From: Eledone cirrhosa
Taxonomy: Eukaryota
Direction of reading: 5' to 3'
Assembly (NCBI GenBank): GCA_964016885.1
Contig: OZ024742.1
Coordinates: 232,996,001 to 233,060,000, forward strand
Length of the DNA stretch: 64,000 nt
Each line of letters begins with the position of its first letter. The stretch's first letter is position 1. Shown here one piece after another: positions 14,401-26,769 of this stretch. A program made the translations under genes and the position numbers. The notes under the pieces were generated by a model. That model was not told the origin of the DNA and made no database searches. It worked only from the letters and a program-made list of their open reading frames with translations.

Positions 14401-15633
14401 TTTTTTTATTCATCTCCACACTTACTAATAAATGTTACACAAAAGATACATGATGACATAACAACAACAGTAAAAAAAAACTTAGTAAAACTTTCATTCA
14501 TCACCTGTTATACACAAATAGGTAACATTTCCTAAGAAATAACATAAAGTACCGAAGCTTTTGTAGTGTGTAAAAGCAACACTTCCAGGATTTGAAGTGA
14601 CCAGAATAAAATACAAGGATCTGTTTTATCTAATGTACCTACATGATCTTCCACAATTTCTTAAATCATACACGTAGCTTCATATACAAATGATGTCACA
14701 CTTACATCCTCCTACTATTTTCAAGATAAAGATGCAGAACTACGTCAATAAATAAACTACATTTATTCAAGAGAAGGAAACAAAACAAAAGTTGTGCACA
14801 AACAATACATTAGATACATCATGGATTATGCCACTCCTGCCTGTGATCCTCATTGTTCTACAACAAACCAGAAAAAAACTACAAGAAACACAGAACAGTG
14901 CATTTTGGATGATAATAGATTGTATATAGACCACACTTATAGGCCACCTACACATCATCATATGTTTTTCCTGCTAGCAAGGATTGGATGGGTCATCACA
15001 GACCAAGTCAGTACTCAAGTAGAGCTACTTACTTTTCAAATGGGCCATGGGCCTGCATCTCACTAGCATATATTCCTTCACTTTGGAGCCTGCATTATAC
15101 TGACATACATTCCTGCACTCAACTGTATCATTTGTATAAACATGATATGTATAAACAAAATTACTTAAAATTAATGACCATATGCTAAGAGCACATTTTG
15201 TTGTTACAGAAAACGCCTATTCTCAGTCCTTGCCACTAATGAAAATTTACTTCCATTTTCTATTGTACTCTTCCTATTAATAACCATATGCATATGTAGT
15301 CATGTAAAAATATACTGACATTTTCTGCCAACGTGAACAATATTGATAAGCAAATCTCCACCATTTCACTTCAATACCTGGGCACATATACAACAATCCA
15401 GGACACTATGACAACACTATCCTTAAAACACTATCTCTTCCACCCAACCAAGACAAACAATAAAAAAGAAAAAGAAATAGACTGGACAGTCAAGAGAATA
15501 TAGATTTAGACTTGTCACTGCACTCCAAACAATTTGTCACTGCACTCCAAACAATTTATCACTGCATGTCGGGACATGCACTGTGGTTCTCTGATAATAA
15601 AAGAAAGTATGAAAAATATCTGAAATACTTTAC

Positions 15634-15705
15634 CTCTTACAGTTATCAATTTCAAGATCATATCTATACTTAAGCTGATGAGCAACCATTTCTGGAGAGA
15701 GGCAT
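15634..15705 (-). CDS. BRCA2: BRCA2 exon (CLSPEMVAHQLKYRYDLEIDNCKR)
   Basis: tttcag|ATGC...AAGAG|gtaaag; 72 nt; QLKYRYD-EID hallmark. Confidence 0.96.
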
Positions 15706-16399
15706 CTGAAATATTTCATATAGAAAAGAAATAAAACTCATTACAGTCAATCAAGGCTAATTTTAAAAGTATTTCTAAAATTGTTCAATATTTTAACTAT
15801 TGCACTAAAACATTGTAAATATATATTTGCAATTTTTCAATTTAGTTCTCAAAAAGGCTCAATTTGTTGAAATGCATCAGATGGGTTGACTATATGAAGG
15901 TGTAGTCTAAGACATTTTGCTTAGTAATCAGAAGAAGGGAGGTAGGCGTAAAAACCAAACTCGTTGCTTTCAATTTGGTTTTCGTGCCAACCATTACCTA
16001 TGGTCATGAATCTTGAGTAATGACCAAAAGAATACGATCGCAAAGGTAAGTATCCGAAATGGGATTCCTCTGAAGGGTCTTAGGAGTAACGTTACTTGAT
16101 AAAGAATGTAGCACGGAAATCAGAGAGTTACTCCAGGTAGAGCTGCTACTTCTAATTGAAAGATCATAGCTCCGACACTTTGGGTATGAGATTTTGGCTT
16201 AAGTTTAATATATTTTGTGTGTGTGTATATGTATATATATGTGTGTGTGTATACATGTATATATATGTGTGTATATATATATATATACATAAAAGATGTA
16301 GCGGTATCACAAGCAAGCTATCTAAGATAATGTAGATTTTATATGTGGCCGATGCTCAGGTGCAGTAAGTAGCAACTGCCCAGATAGTTCTATAGAAAT

Positions 16400-17370
16400 A
16401 GTAGACACTTTCCATTACCTGGATGACAAAATCAACAGTGGAGGAGGGTGCTCTGAAAGTACAGTAGCCAGAGTTAGAAAGGGATGGAAAAAGTTCAGAG
16501 AGCTTATACCGCTGTTGGTTTAAAAATGAAAGGCAGATTGTATGATGCTTGAATACGAACAGCAATGTTACATGGCAGTGACGCCTGGGCATTGTGTACA
16601 GAGGAGCTGCGCAAATTGGAAAGGAACGAAGCATGAATGCGCCATTGGATGTGTAATAGTAATATACAGGAACGGCAAAACATAAACAAACTAAGAGAGA
16701 AATTGGGAATAAGAGGGATCAGATGCAGTTTATTTGAGAGGAGATTATGTTGGAATGGTCATGTGATGCGCATGAAAGACGACAGCTGTATAAAAAAGTG
16801 CAGGATGATCAAAATTGATAGAAGCTACAGAGTAAATAGACCCAGAAAAACATGGGACGATGTGATAAAAACTGACGTTGCATACTTATACCTCTCTAAG
16901 TCAATGTCACTGGATTGAGTCCTTTGGCACTACGCAGTAATACAGAAGACTCGCCTTCCCTTACATACGAAGTTAAACCTAGTCAGTAGACACCTCTTAA
17001 CCCAATATACACCCCACCCCACACACCCTACTCCATCCTCCCATTTCTGCCCACACCACCTTTTCTCTGTAAAGTTATGTTGGAACCACAGAACATCCAA
17101 TCCACACTGTAAAGTGATTTTGTAGGTGTCACGACAAAAGGCAGCCAGTCCACACTGTAAAGTGGTCATGTAGGAGGCACGGAAAAAGGGCTCCCAGTTC
17201 ACACTGTAAATGTGGTTGGTGTTAGGAAGGGCATCTAGCCGTAGAAAACCTGCCAGATACAGTCTTATACGAGCGAGACACAGTCGTCCGACCAATCTTA
17301 CCTCAAGTGGAACAATCCCGTCAAACCCATGCTTGTGTGGAAGATCAACATTAAATGATGATGATGATGA
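16400..17370 (+). mobile_element. RTE LINE 3' fragment with 3' region and (ATG)n tail
   Basis: RRLCWNGHVMRM..RPRKTWDD; ends atgatgatgatg. Confidence 0.85.
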
Positions 17371-18373
17371 TATATATATATTATCATTATATAAATAGAA
17401 AATAAATAAAGAAAAGCAATTCATTAATAAATATATATCACAATTAAAAATGTAATTGTCCCCCATTAGACAATAAATTGTTTCTACTTATGGCACAAGG
17501 CCAGCAATTACCCAGTGCATTAGTGGTACTTTATTTTATCGACCTCGTAAGGATGAAAGGCAAAGTTAACCTCGGCGGGATTTGAACTCAGATCGTAAAG
17601 GGACGTAACTATGCTGGAAAGCATAATGATCTAAAGATGGGAACAACTAATTTACACACATTTATGTGCAAACCTATACATGTCCAATCACATGTGCATG
17701 CATATACATGTACCACAAGATAAAAGGAAAAATCATAACTCTAAAGAAACTTCCACTAAAAACGTTTTTAGTAGCATTAAGCTATTAAATCTTCCAGAAA
17801 CCTCCTTTGACAAATGTAAACCCTCCCCTTCTCCAAAGGATCTCTTTCAATTATGTTTATATCTACATTTGTATTTTTATTTACTTCATTTTTTTTATTC
17901 TTAAACCCTAAAAATAAACTTGAACTCTTGACTCAATGGAGCCACACCAATGGTCAAGTGGAATGTTCTGCCACTTACATGTTAATTTCATGAAGAGGCT
18001 GTTTCCTCCTATTGCTGAGAGGGTCATCTTGGCAGAGTCGTCAAACACTCTTCACAGCAAGTCTTGTCTGAAGCAACCATCTTCAGTTTATCCAGCTGAA
18101 TCCCCAAGTGAGGCCAACCAAGTTCATGGATGTTATCCAGCAACTTTGCCCGGGATCGACCCCTAGGTCTCTTGCTGCTTGGTTTTGCCAGTAAAATCTG
18201 TCCAGCGATTCTTTCCTGAGACATTCTAACCACATGCCCAAAGTATCTGAGCTATGATCTCTCAATTAGGAGAAGTAGCAGCTCTACCTGGAGTAAGAGA
18301 GACACAGAGAGAGGGAGAGGAGACAAAGAAGGAGAATGAAAGAGAGAGAGAGAGAGCTGGTGGTGGTGATGTG

Positions 18374-18410
<37 letters not shown>

Positions 18411-18657
18411 GAAAAAAGAGAAATTAATGTAAGCAAGAAGCCAACAGTAATTCAGACATATAAGTGACTATTACGTCAAGATGAAAAATATTTAACGTAA
18501 GATATGGGAAAATAACTTAATCCCAATTCAAAACAAGTCAAGACCAGACATTTTATCCACAGATTTTGTGTAATCCGGGGAAAAAACCAATAGAATCTTA
18601 ACTCAAAATAAAATTACGAGTAAATACTTATCCGTCAATTTGGAAAAATCTACAAAT

Positions 18658-18738
18658 GCACTATATAGTCTTAAAAAGACTATTTCACGAAACTTTTCAG
18701 TGGGGTTAGTCACGGTTGGAGTCGTTCATCAGTAGTGC
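18658..18738 (-). ncRNA. Type I hammerhead ribozyme motif
   Basis: GCACUA-CUGAUGA-ACGA(31 nt)UCGU-GAA-AUAGUC(UUUUUAA)GACUAU-A-UAGUGC: complete core, three paired stems, AUA cleavage triplet. Confidence 0.8.
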
Positions 18739-18808
18739 TCAACACGTTAACTAAGAACCACAGCTAAAATATGCCAGAGGGGAATTTAAAAGCAGGCTAG
18801 TCAAACCT

Positions 18809-19064
18809 CAATGTGAAATAAAGTGTCTTACTCAAGGAAACAACACATCACCCAGTCTGAGAATTGAACTCACAACCTTTTGATATATATATATATATAT
18901 CATCATCATCATCATCATCATCCTCGTTTAAGTGGACGTTAAACGAGGATGATGATGATGATGATGATATATATATATATATATATATATTGAAAGGTTG
19001 TGAGTTCAATTCTCAGACCGGGTGATGTGTTGTTTCCTTGAGCAAGACACTTTATTTCACATTG
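18809..19064. repeat. Foldback made of SINE head + (AT)n + (ATC)n
   Basis: About 120-bp arms around cctcgtttaa gtggacg ttaaacgagg. Confidence 0.9.
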
Positions 19065-19354
19065 CTCCAGTTTACTCAGCTGTAGAAATGAGATGATAGG
19101 ACTGGAGTCCCTATTATTCCACTGCAAAGTGGTTGTGGAGGTGCCACGGCAAAAAAGCACCCGGCCCACACTGTAAAGTGGACGTGTAGGCGTCACGGAA
19201 AAGAAAGCACCCAGCACTCAATGTAAATGAGGTTGGTGTTAGGCAGTGCATCCAGCTGTAGAAATCAAGCCAGAATCAGTTCCCGTCCCACCCTTGCAAG
19301 CAGGGAAAAGCGGACGCAAAATGATGATGATATGTGTGTGTGTGTGTGTGTATA

Positions 19355-20307
19355 TCTACTATATAAATTGGAAGTGGTCGGGCGTTGTATATGTAGGTGT
19401 AGTCGGATAAACGTTGAAACGGCTTGGTGGAATGCAGCGAAAATTTACACAGTTATGCAGAATGACCCGAGGAGGCGTTGAGTCGACTTTCAAATTGAAC
19501 TGAGAGTAATCTGTGAACACAGAAGTAAATATTTCGAGAAACGTTGCAACCGAAGGGAAACAGGAAGACGATATTTTGGTTCGTGAAGACGTTCCCTGGC
19601 AATGAACGGAAAAAAAGCGAGGATAATACATCGTTATGTGGACCGAGAAGAACAATTTCATGTAAAGACGAGACCAAGTTTATGGTATAAATGGAGTCGT
19701 TAGACTAATATTCTATTTAAAATAACAGAATGATTTCCAGCCCCGGAGTTTAAGAATGATGTAAATAAAATTGAAAACGAAAATGACAGGTTATTAAAAT
19801 GGTAAAAGTAAATAGTGAAGATTTAGGCCAGTACATACGTATGCCCCAACGGACATACACATACATACGCACACACACACATGCGCATGTATAAACCTTA
19901 TGCATTTCTACAGTATTTTCATCAAACTTAAGACATAGGTTACTTATGTACTCCGGATGATTATGGGCACTTTCATTTTTACAGATATTGATTATAGGGC
20001 CTCCGGCAGATAACCCCCTTTAACCACTTCCTTGGAGTCGACTGAAGCATTGCAGTGCAATGCAACAAAACGTCATAACTTCTGGAGTTCGCAACCGATT
20101 TTCACAAAACTTGACACATGGGCTACGTTTGTCCTATAGATGAATGTGAACTGTCAGAATTGGCACATATTGAGTAGGGGAACCCTCTTTTGGAAAAAGC
20201 CGATGATTTTGTAAAAGTATAGTTTTTGAAGCAGCACTGAAGTATTGACATAAATGGTATACACAACTTCTATTTAATACCTGAGCAACGCCGGGTACCT
20301 CTGCTAG
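19355..20307 (+). mobile_element. Non-autonomous Helitron-like element
   Basis: A|TCTACTATATAAA 5' end, and GC-rich subterminal gagcaacgccgggtacctctg followed by CTAG|T at the 3' end; no TSD. Confidence 0.65.
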
Positions 20308-21374
20308 TGTATATATATATACACACACACACAAAATATAACTTAAGCCAAAATCTTATTTTTTGGAGGGATACAAGGCAAATTGGCTAAAAAAAGTCAA
20401 TTTCAACTTATACTAGACCACCCGTGACCCGTTGGGTCATAGATACACATATATACACACACACACACACTTACATCTATATATATATATACACAACACC
20501 ACCACCAGCCCTCTCTCTCTCTTTCATTCTCCTTCTCTGTCTCCTCTCCCTCTCTCTATGCCTCTCTTTCAATATACTCTCTCACAACCACTATCTCTTT
20601 TTCTCTATCCTTCTCTCTCTCTGTTTATGAAGATAATAATAATAATAATAATAATGAAATTATTGTGTACAGTGCTCAGGTGCACTACAACTCATCAAAG
20701 GTGCATGTATAGTACATAGAATAATGTACAAATGTCAGGAAAATGAACAGTGTATGAGTACCTGGAAAAACCCCATATCTTGGGAACCCGTAGTCCGATT
20801 AACGCGAAACATGTTTTATTCCATTTGTATTCACATTTCAGGGTTAACTTCCTTTCAAAGTATTTTCCCATTATGCGCCCTTTTGGCTGAATTATATTAC
20901 AGACAAGTAAGCAAGCAATCACAGAGTTTTAGTATTATATAGATAGATAATGCCCCAACCATGCTTTCTGAAACTCAAGATACATCGGGAATTCCAAGAC
21001 ATTGCAATAACCAGTATTGGAAGAATTCAAGTTTCTTCATCGGAAGGTGAATTCATCATAAAAATAAGGGGACAAGTTGAAAATATATCATATATACCAT
21101 TTCACTGCTAGATCTATGGTAAACACGGTGTTGTATCATTGAATTACTATATGAATATACTCCATCCAAAGGCCCAAACTGAATATATATCATATAAACC
21201 ATGCCGTTTGTAGAGTGCATGGGGAAGTAATGTGATGCAACACTGAATTACTGTATACAAATTTTCTACTCAATGTATTAGGACAATATGACAGGCTTAT
21301 ATCGACGCTAGAAATAGCAGCCAAAACTGTCTAAATCAGCTCAAACAATGATGGGGTAGTCAATATTATTTTAG

Positions 21375-22083
21375 AACTCTATAAAGTTAACTGTCTCTAT
21401 TACATAGGCATCTCAATGAAAGGACAAGGTATATCAATAAAGTAATAAATTAATTATCCACTCAGAGATTTTGGCTTAAGTTTAATATATTTCAATATCT
21501 CTTTGAGTGAATAATTAATTTATTAATATATCTTGTCTTTTTATTGAGATGTCTACATATTACAGATAGTTAACTTTATAGAGTTATAAATTAATATATA
21601 TTTAAATATATATTATAAAAATTAGTCAGTAATATATATCTCAATCAATAATATCGCTTAGAACATAATTCAGAGAAGCTTATAAATACAAATATTGATC
21701 TATCTCAAATAAGGCTCAGAACTGACTAATGGGAAGATCACAGAGTACCTTAAGCATATTATCCCAGAGGCTAGTTCATTTAAGCAATCTAAATATCTAG
21801 AGCTTAACAAATTTTTCCCTCTAACTGTAGTTTCACAGACTGAAAACACAGAAATTATCTATCTCAATTAATTAAGGTATTTAGATTGCTTAACAATGAA
21901 TGTTGCCTCTGAGATGATATGTGTATGGGGTTCCTTTATTTTAAGGTACTCTAATGCGATCTTCCCTAGCCTTATTTGAGATAGATCAATATTTGCATCT
22001 ATAATCTTCTCTGAATTATGTTCTAAACGATATTATTCATTGCGATGTATATTACGGACTAATTTTTGTAATATATATTTAAA
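21375..22083. repeat. Two adjacent imperfect inverted repeats (21375-21585; 21601-22083)
   Basis: aactctataaagttaac/gttaactttatagagtt and atattgatctatctcaaataaggct/agccttatttgagatagatcaatat. Confidence 0.88.
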
Positions 22084-22409
22084 TTGCTACTCCTATATTT
22101 GTTGACTGACGGTTTTAAATGTATTTTGACATGAAAATGATCAAGCAAAAAGTGGATTTTTGTGCAATCAAACTGTGGTTGATGCCCCTCCTCTAAGCTC
22201 TATGATACCTACTTATATAAATCATCATTATCATATATATTCATTACATGAGAAGTTGTTTGTAAACAAAGTTTGTTTTGAGGAGCCAAACAATAACAAC
22301 ACTGTTAGTAAACCAGTAGGAACAAATAATTTATGTGTGCTCAGTGACTTACAATATTCAAACAGAAGATATTTACAAAAAGATTCATAAAGACAATTTG
22401 ACAGTAATT

Positions 22410-22970
22410 ATGGTATCTAGAATAAGGACGGGTTGGAAGAAGTTTAGGGAGCTGCTTCCTCTGTTGACAAAGAAGGGTTTCTCCTTGCGTACGAAAGGCT
22501 GGTTATATGATGCCGTGTGAGATGCGCAATGCTGCATGGTAGTGAGACATAGTCAGCAACTACAGAGGATATGCGACAGCTGGAGAGAAATGAAGCTAGC
22601 ACGCTCCATTGGATGCGTAATGTCAATGTGCGTGAACGACCTAGCATAGATGAGTTGAGAGAGAAACTGTGTATAAGAGGGATAAGTTGTAGTGTGCAGG
22701 AGAGAAGGCTGCGATGGTATGGGTATGTGAAGCGTATGGAGGATGACCGTTGGGTAAAGAAGTGCCAAGAAATCCCAGTAGAAGGAAGACGCAGAAGAGG
22801 AAGACCACGAAAAACATGGGCGGAGGTGGTGAGAGCAGACCTCAGATTGCTGAAGCTCACGGAGGAGATGACGAAGGACCGTGACAAGTGGAGAGATGCT
22901 ATGCTGAATAGGACCCGTCCCACCCTTGCAAGCAGGGAAAAGCAGATGTAAAATGATGATGATGATGATG
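22410..22970 (+). mobile_element. RTE LINE 3' fragment with (ATG)n tail
   Basis: RIRTGWKKFRELLP...RRLRWYGYVKRM...GRPRKTW, followed by atgatgatg. Confidence 0.92.
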
Positions 22971-23205
22971 ATATACTAAAGAAGGGCGTTGGATTGGCAG
23001 TATTGGTAGAGCGTCAGACGTCATGCTTTGCAGAATAGAGCTATGGCCCTTTATGTTCTGAGTTCAAATCCTGCCGAGGTTAACTTTGCCTTTCATCCTT
23101 ACGAGGTTGATAAAATAAAGCACCAATAACGCACTGCACTGGGGTAATTGCTGGCCTTGTGCCAAAAGTTGAAACAATATATACTAAAGAAAAATTCCAA
23201 CTCAC

Positions 23206-23334
23206 CTTCCACCAAACAACATGGGCAAAGTTACTTCATATGAAGCTAGCTTCCAGATAATCCACCGATAGTGATTAAAGAACCAGTTTTGGGATATCAG
23301 ATTGGGATCTACAGACTCAATTGTTAGGAATGAT
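23206..23334 (-). CDS. BRCA2: BRCA2 helical domain exon (VDPNLISQNWFFNHYRWIIWKLASYE)
   Basis: attcag|ATCA...GGAAG|gtgagt; 129 nt; hallmark NHYRWIIWKLA. Confidence 0.97.
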
Positions 23335-23444
23335 CTGAATGTGAGAGAAGAATAAATAAAAGAAAAACAGTTCCCAATAAAAGAGCATAAAAAGTTAGTT
23401 GGTAGTTGTTTTTTTCAACCACCAACTTCAATTAACCAGGGCAT

Positions 23445-23830
23445 CATCATCATCGTCATTTTACATCCGCTTTTCCCTGCTTGCAAGGGTGGGACGGGAA
23501 CTGATTCTGGATTGATTTCTACAGTTGGATGCCCTTCCTAACACCAACTTCATTTACAGTGAGCGCTGGGTGCTTTTTTTTCTGTGGCGCCTACGCGTCC
23601 ACTTTACAGTGTGGGCTGGGTGCTTTTTTGCCGTGGCACCTCCACGACCACTTTGCAGTGGAATGATAAGGACCCTAGTCCTATCATCTCATTTCTACAC
23701 TGAGTAAACTGGAGCAATGTGAAATAAAGTGTCTTGCTCAAGGAAACAACACATCACCCGGTCTGAGAATTGAACTCACAACCTTTCGATTGCAAGGCCA
23801 ATGCTTTAACCACTAAGCCATGTGCCTCCA
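23445..23830 (-). mobile_element. tRNA-derived SINE with RTE-derived 3' tail
   Basis: Head tggcttagtggtt...gagttcaattct; internal aggaagggcatcc; tail matching the RTE 3' end plus (ATG)n. Near-identical copy at 60015-60358 and a partial copy at 18990-19330. Confidence 0.85.
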
Positions 23831-24502
23831 TGTAAATATAAATTAAATGGAACAACTACATCATAATATTTAATTATTCAATGGTGGAATATAGCAGTAT
23901 TGAATTATTTGATTCAAAACAAGAATATTTGGGTGATTCCAAAGCAACATTATAAAGCCATTCAAATGTATATATAGAGTTTTATTTTTGCAATGAAGTC
24001 ATTATCATCATCATTTTGTCAAAGACCAGACAATTTGGAGCATGGTTTCTACAAGTGGATGCCCCTCCTGATACTAGCCGTTTTACAGGGTGAGCTGGGT
24101 GCAATTTTTGTGTCACTAATACTACCACTTTATAGAACAGACAGGGTGCATTTTATCGTGATACCAACATTAACACATTACAGGGTGTATTTCATTGTGG
24201 CACCAGCACTAGGGAAGTTGTCACATGCTAAACCTACATTGTCTATTTGATTCTGATTGCCAAATACTGTAGTCTCTCACCAGGTTTACTTTTAGTATTA
24301 ATTGATGTTTCAATCTTCACATAGAGAAATTAGTTTAGATTACTAAAATGCCCCAAATTCTTGATTATTTAAAAAATTAATTGAAACATACAGACAATGT
24401 ATTTCATTAGAAATGTGGTAAAGAAAGGATTAAATAATACTCTTATCAACTATGATAAAGTTGCATTTAGCTACAAAGAAATAAAAATAATGAAACATTC
24501 AC

Positions 24503-24681
24503 CTATAGAATTCTTCTTTGCCAGCACTTCCTGAGTCATTGGGCACCAATAATGCACCATCACCAATAACAAATTTATCAAAGTAGCTAATATTGTAGAA
24601 GTCAGCCAGTTGGAAATGGTAATTCTCTGCATTTGTAGAGTTGATCTTTAAAGCACTTTGTCGGACACCAAAAGCAAAAAG
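24503..24681 (-). CDS. BRCA2: BRCA2 helical domain exon (LFAFGV...INSTNAE...GDGA..AGKEEFYR)
   Basis: caatag|CTT...CTATAG|gtgaat; 179 nt; strong similarity to the human exon 16 peptide. Confidence 0.96.
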
Positions 24682-24749
24682 CTATTGAGTAATTAATTTC
24701 ATAAATTAAAATTTGTAACATTTCTGCGAAATATATATATAGTACATTC

Positions 24750-25840
24750 AAAATGATAGTGGAGCACTTGCCCTGTCAGATGCTGAACAGAAGGAAGCAT
24801 TGAAGATTTACTATGAGAGACTACTGAATGAAGAGATTAAATGGGATAGCTAAGGCCTTCCCCATGTAAACCCAAATGAAGGACCAGCTATAAAAGTGGA
24901 CAGCAGTGAGATAAATAAAACAATTAAGGACATGAATGTAGGGAAGGCAGCTGGATCCTCTGGTATAGTTGCTGAGATGTTAAAAGCATCTGGCATGTTA
25001 GAATATGCACTAATCAGATGTATAGATAATTAAATAGTACTGGAAGGGGTCATACTCAATGACTGGTGTAGCAGTATCATTATAAATTGCTACAAGGGCA
25101 GAGGAGATGCACTAGAAAGAAGTAACTACAGAGGTATCAAATTGATGGACCAGGTCATGAAAATTGTTGAGAGGGTGATAGCACAACTAAATAGGAACAC
25201 AATCAAGTTAAAAAGTAGTTTAGATTTATGCCAGGCAGGAGTTTTATTGATGCCCTCTTTAGAGTGAGACAACTGGAGGAAAGGTACTTAGCAGGGAGTA
25301 AGCCACAGTATCTGTTTTTTTGTAGATATGGAGAAGACCTTTGTAAGAGTCCCACGCTCTATAATCTGGTGGGCACTGAGGAAACTAGGTATAGATGAAT
25401 GACTTGTGAGGTGAGGGTTAGAAGTGAGTACAATGATGAATTTGAAGTGCAGGTGGGTGTCAACCAGGGCTCAGTCATAGGCCATTACTGTTTATCATTG
25501 TCCTTTAGGCCATCATTGAGGAGTTTAAAACTAGCACTCCGAGCTCTTATATACTGATGACCTAGTTCTTAGCTGAATCTGTAGGATGTTAGAGACAAAA
25601 TTTCAAATATGGAAGAATAATCTAGAAAAGCCTAAAACTAAATTTAGCTAAGACAAAAGTATTATTAATAAGTAGGAAAGAGGACAGGTGGGTGATAAAA
25701 TCAAGGAAATGGTCTTGTTCGATATGTCAGAAAGGGGTGGGCAGAAATTCTTTGTATGTGATAAATGTACAGGAGAAGTAAGCACTAGGAAGTAGTTTCA
25801 CATGAAGTAGTTTCCTTCAGTTGCCAGGAAGATTCCTTAG
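24750..25840 (+). mobile_element. Decayed RTE RT-domain fragment
   Basis: GKAAGSSG, NYRGIKL, DMEKTF.RVP, GVNQGS and YTDDL remnants. Confidence 0.8.
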
Positions 25841-26769
25841 AAGTTCCACATGCCCCCCCCCCCCCCCCCACACTTCATATATGGTTATAAGCTCAAAGAA
25901 GATGTAATAAGATCTTATTCCTCATTCATCGAACGTAATGTAAAACTTTTGTTTTTTCTCAACTATGCCCATCATCTTACATTACTCCTATCACATAACT
26001 TGTTCCTCTCCATTACATTTTTTGTTTCTCTTTCACCATGCCTTCTCACTTTCTCTCGCCCCTACCTTCCTTTAGATTATCTGCTATCTAATTCTCCTCA
26101 GAGTTTCTTACCACCTCTAGAAAAAACAAAAAAATAAATCCCCCATGCTTCCTTTCACCGATTTCTGCACCCCGTCCTCTCACTTCATATATGTTTATAA
26201 GCTCAAGGAAGATGTAAGAGGACACTATTCCTCATTTATTCATCAACGTAATGTAAAACTCTTGTTTTCCTCTGAAACTATGTCTATCATACTACATTAC
26301 TAGCATGGAAAAATGGATGTTAAATGATGATGATGATGATGATGATATATACAAATCATTATCATGATCCTCATTTAATATCAATTTTCCTATCTAGCAA
26401 AGGTCTGTATAACTATATATGTATGTACAAATATTGCTAGCTCTTAGCATTTAAACTGGCCATATCCGGCCAGAATTCTCTCACCTCTTTCTGTTCAAAC
26501 CAGCCATAACCGGCCACTCATATTGATGTTAAGGTATTGTTCTCAAAATGATTATTATCAAAATCTCATAGATTCGATACTATGTGAAGTAAAGCCTTAT
26601 CGTGAAAATACAATAGTATATATAGAGTAATGTAAATGCTAAAGGGTTAATATATCAACAGCATAACTACTTTAGAAACACAATAATGATAGAAAGAGAT
26701 TGCATAAAAAGGGCCTGCATGATATACTAAATTTCATAGGTTGTCAAAAGAAAGATTAATTTTACTAAC

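Noticed and set aside
25868-26300. Local ~120-bp duplication about 310 bp apart
   Set aside because: Diverged intronic duplication with no coding or structural signal.
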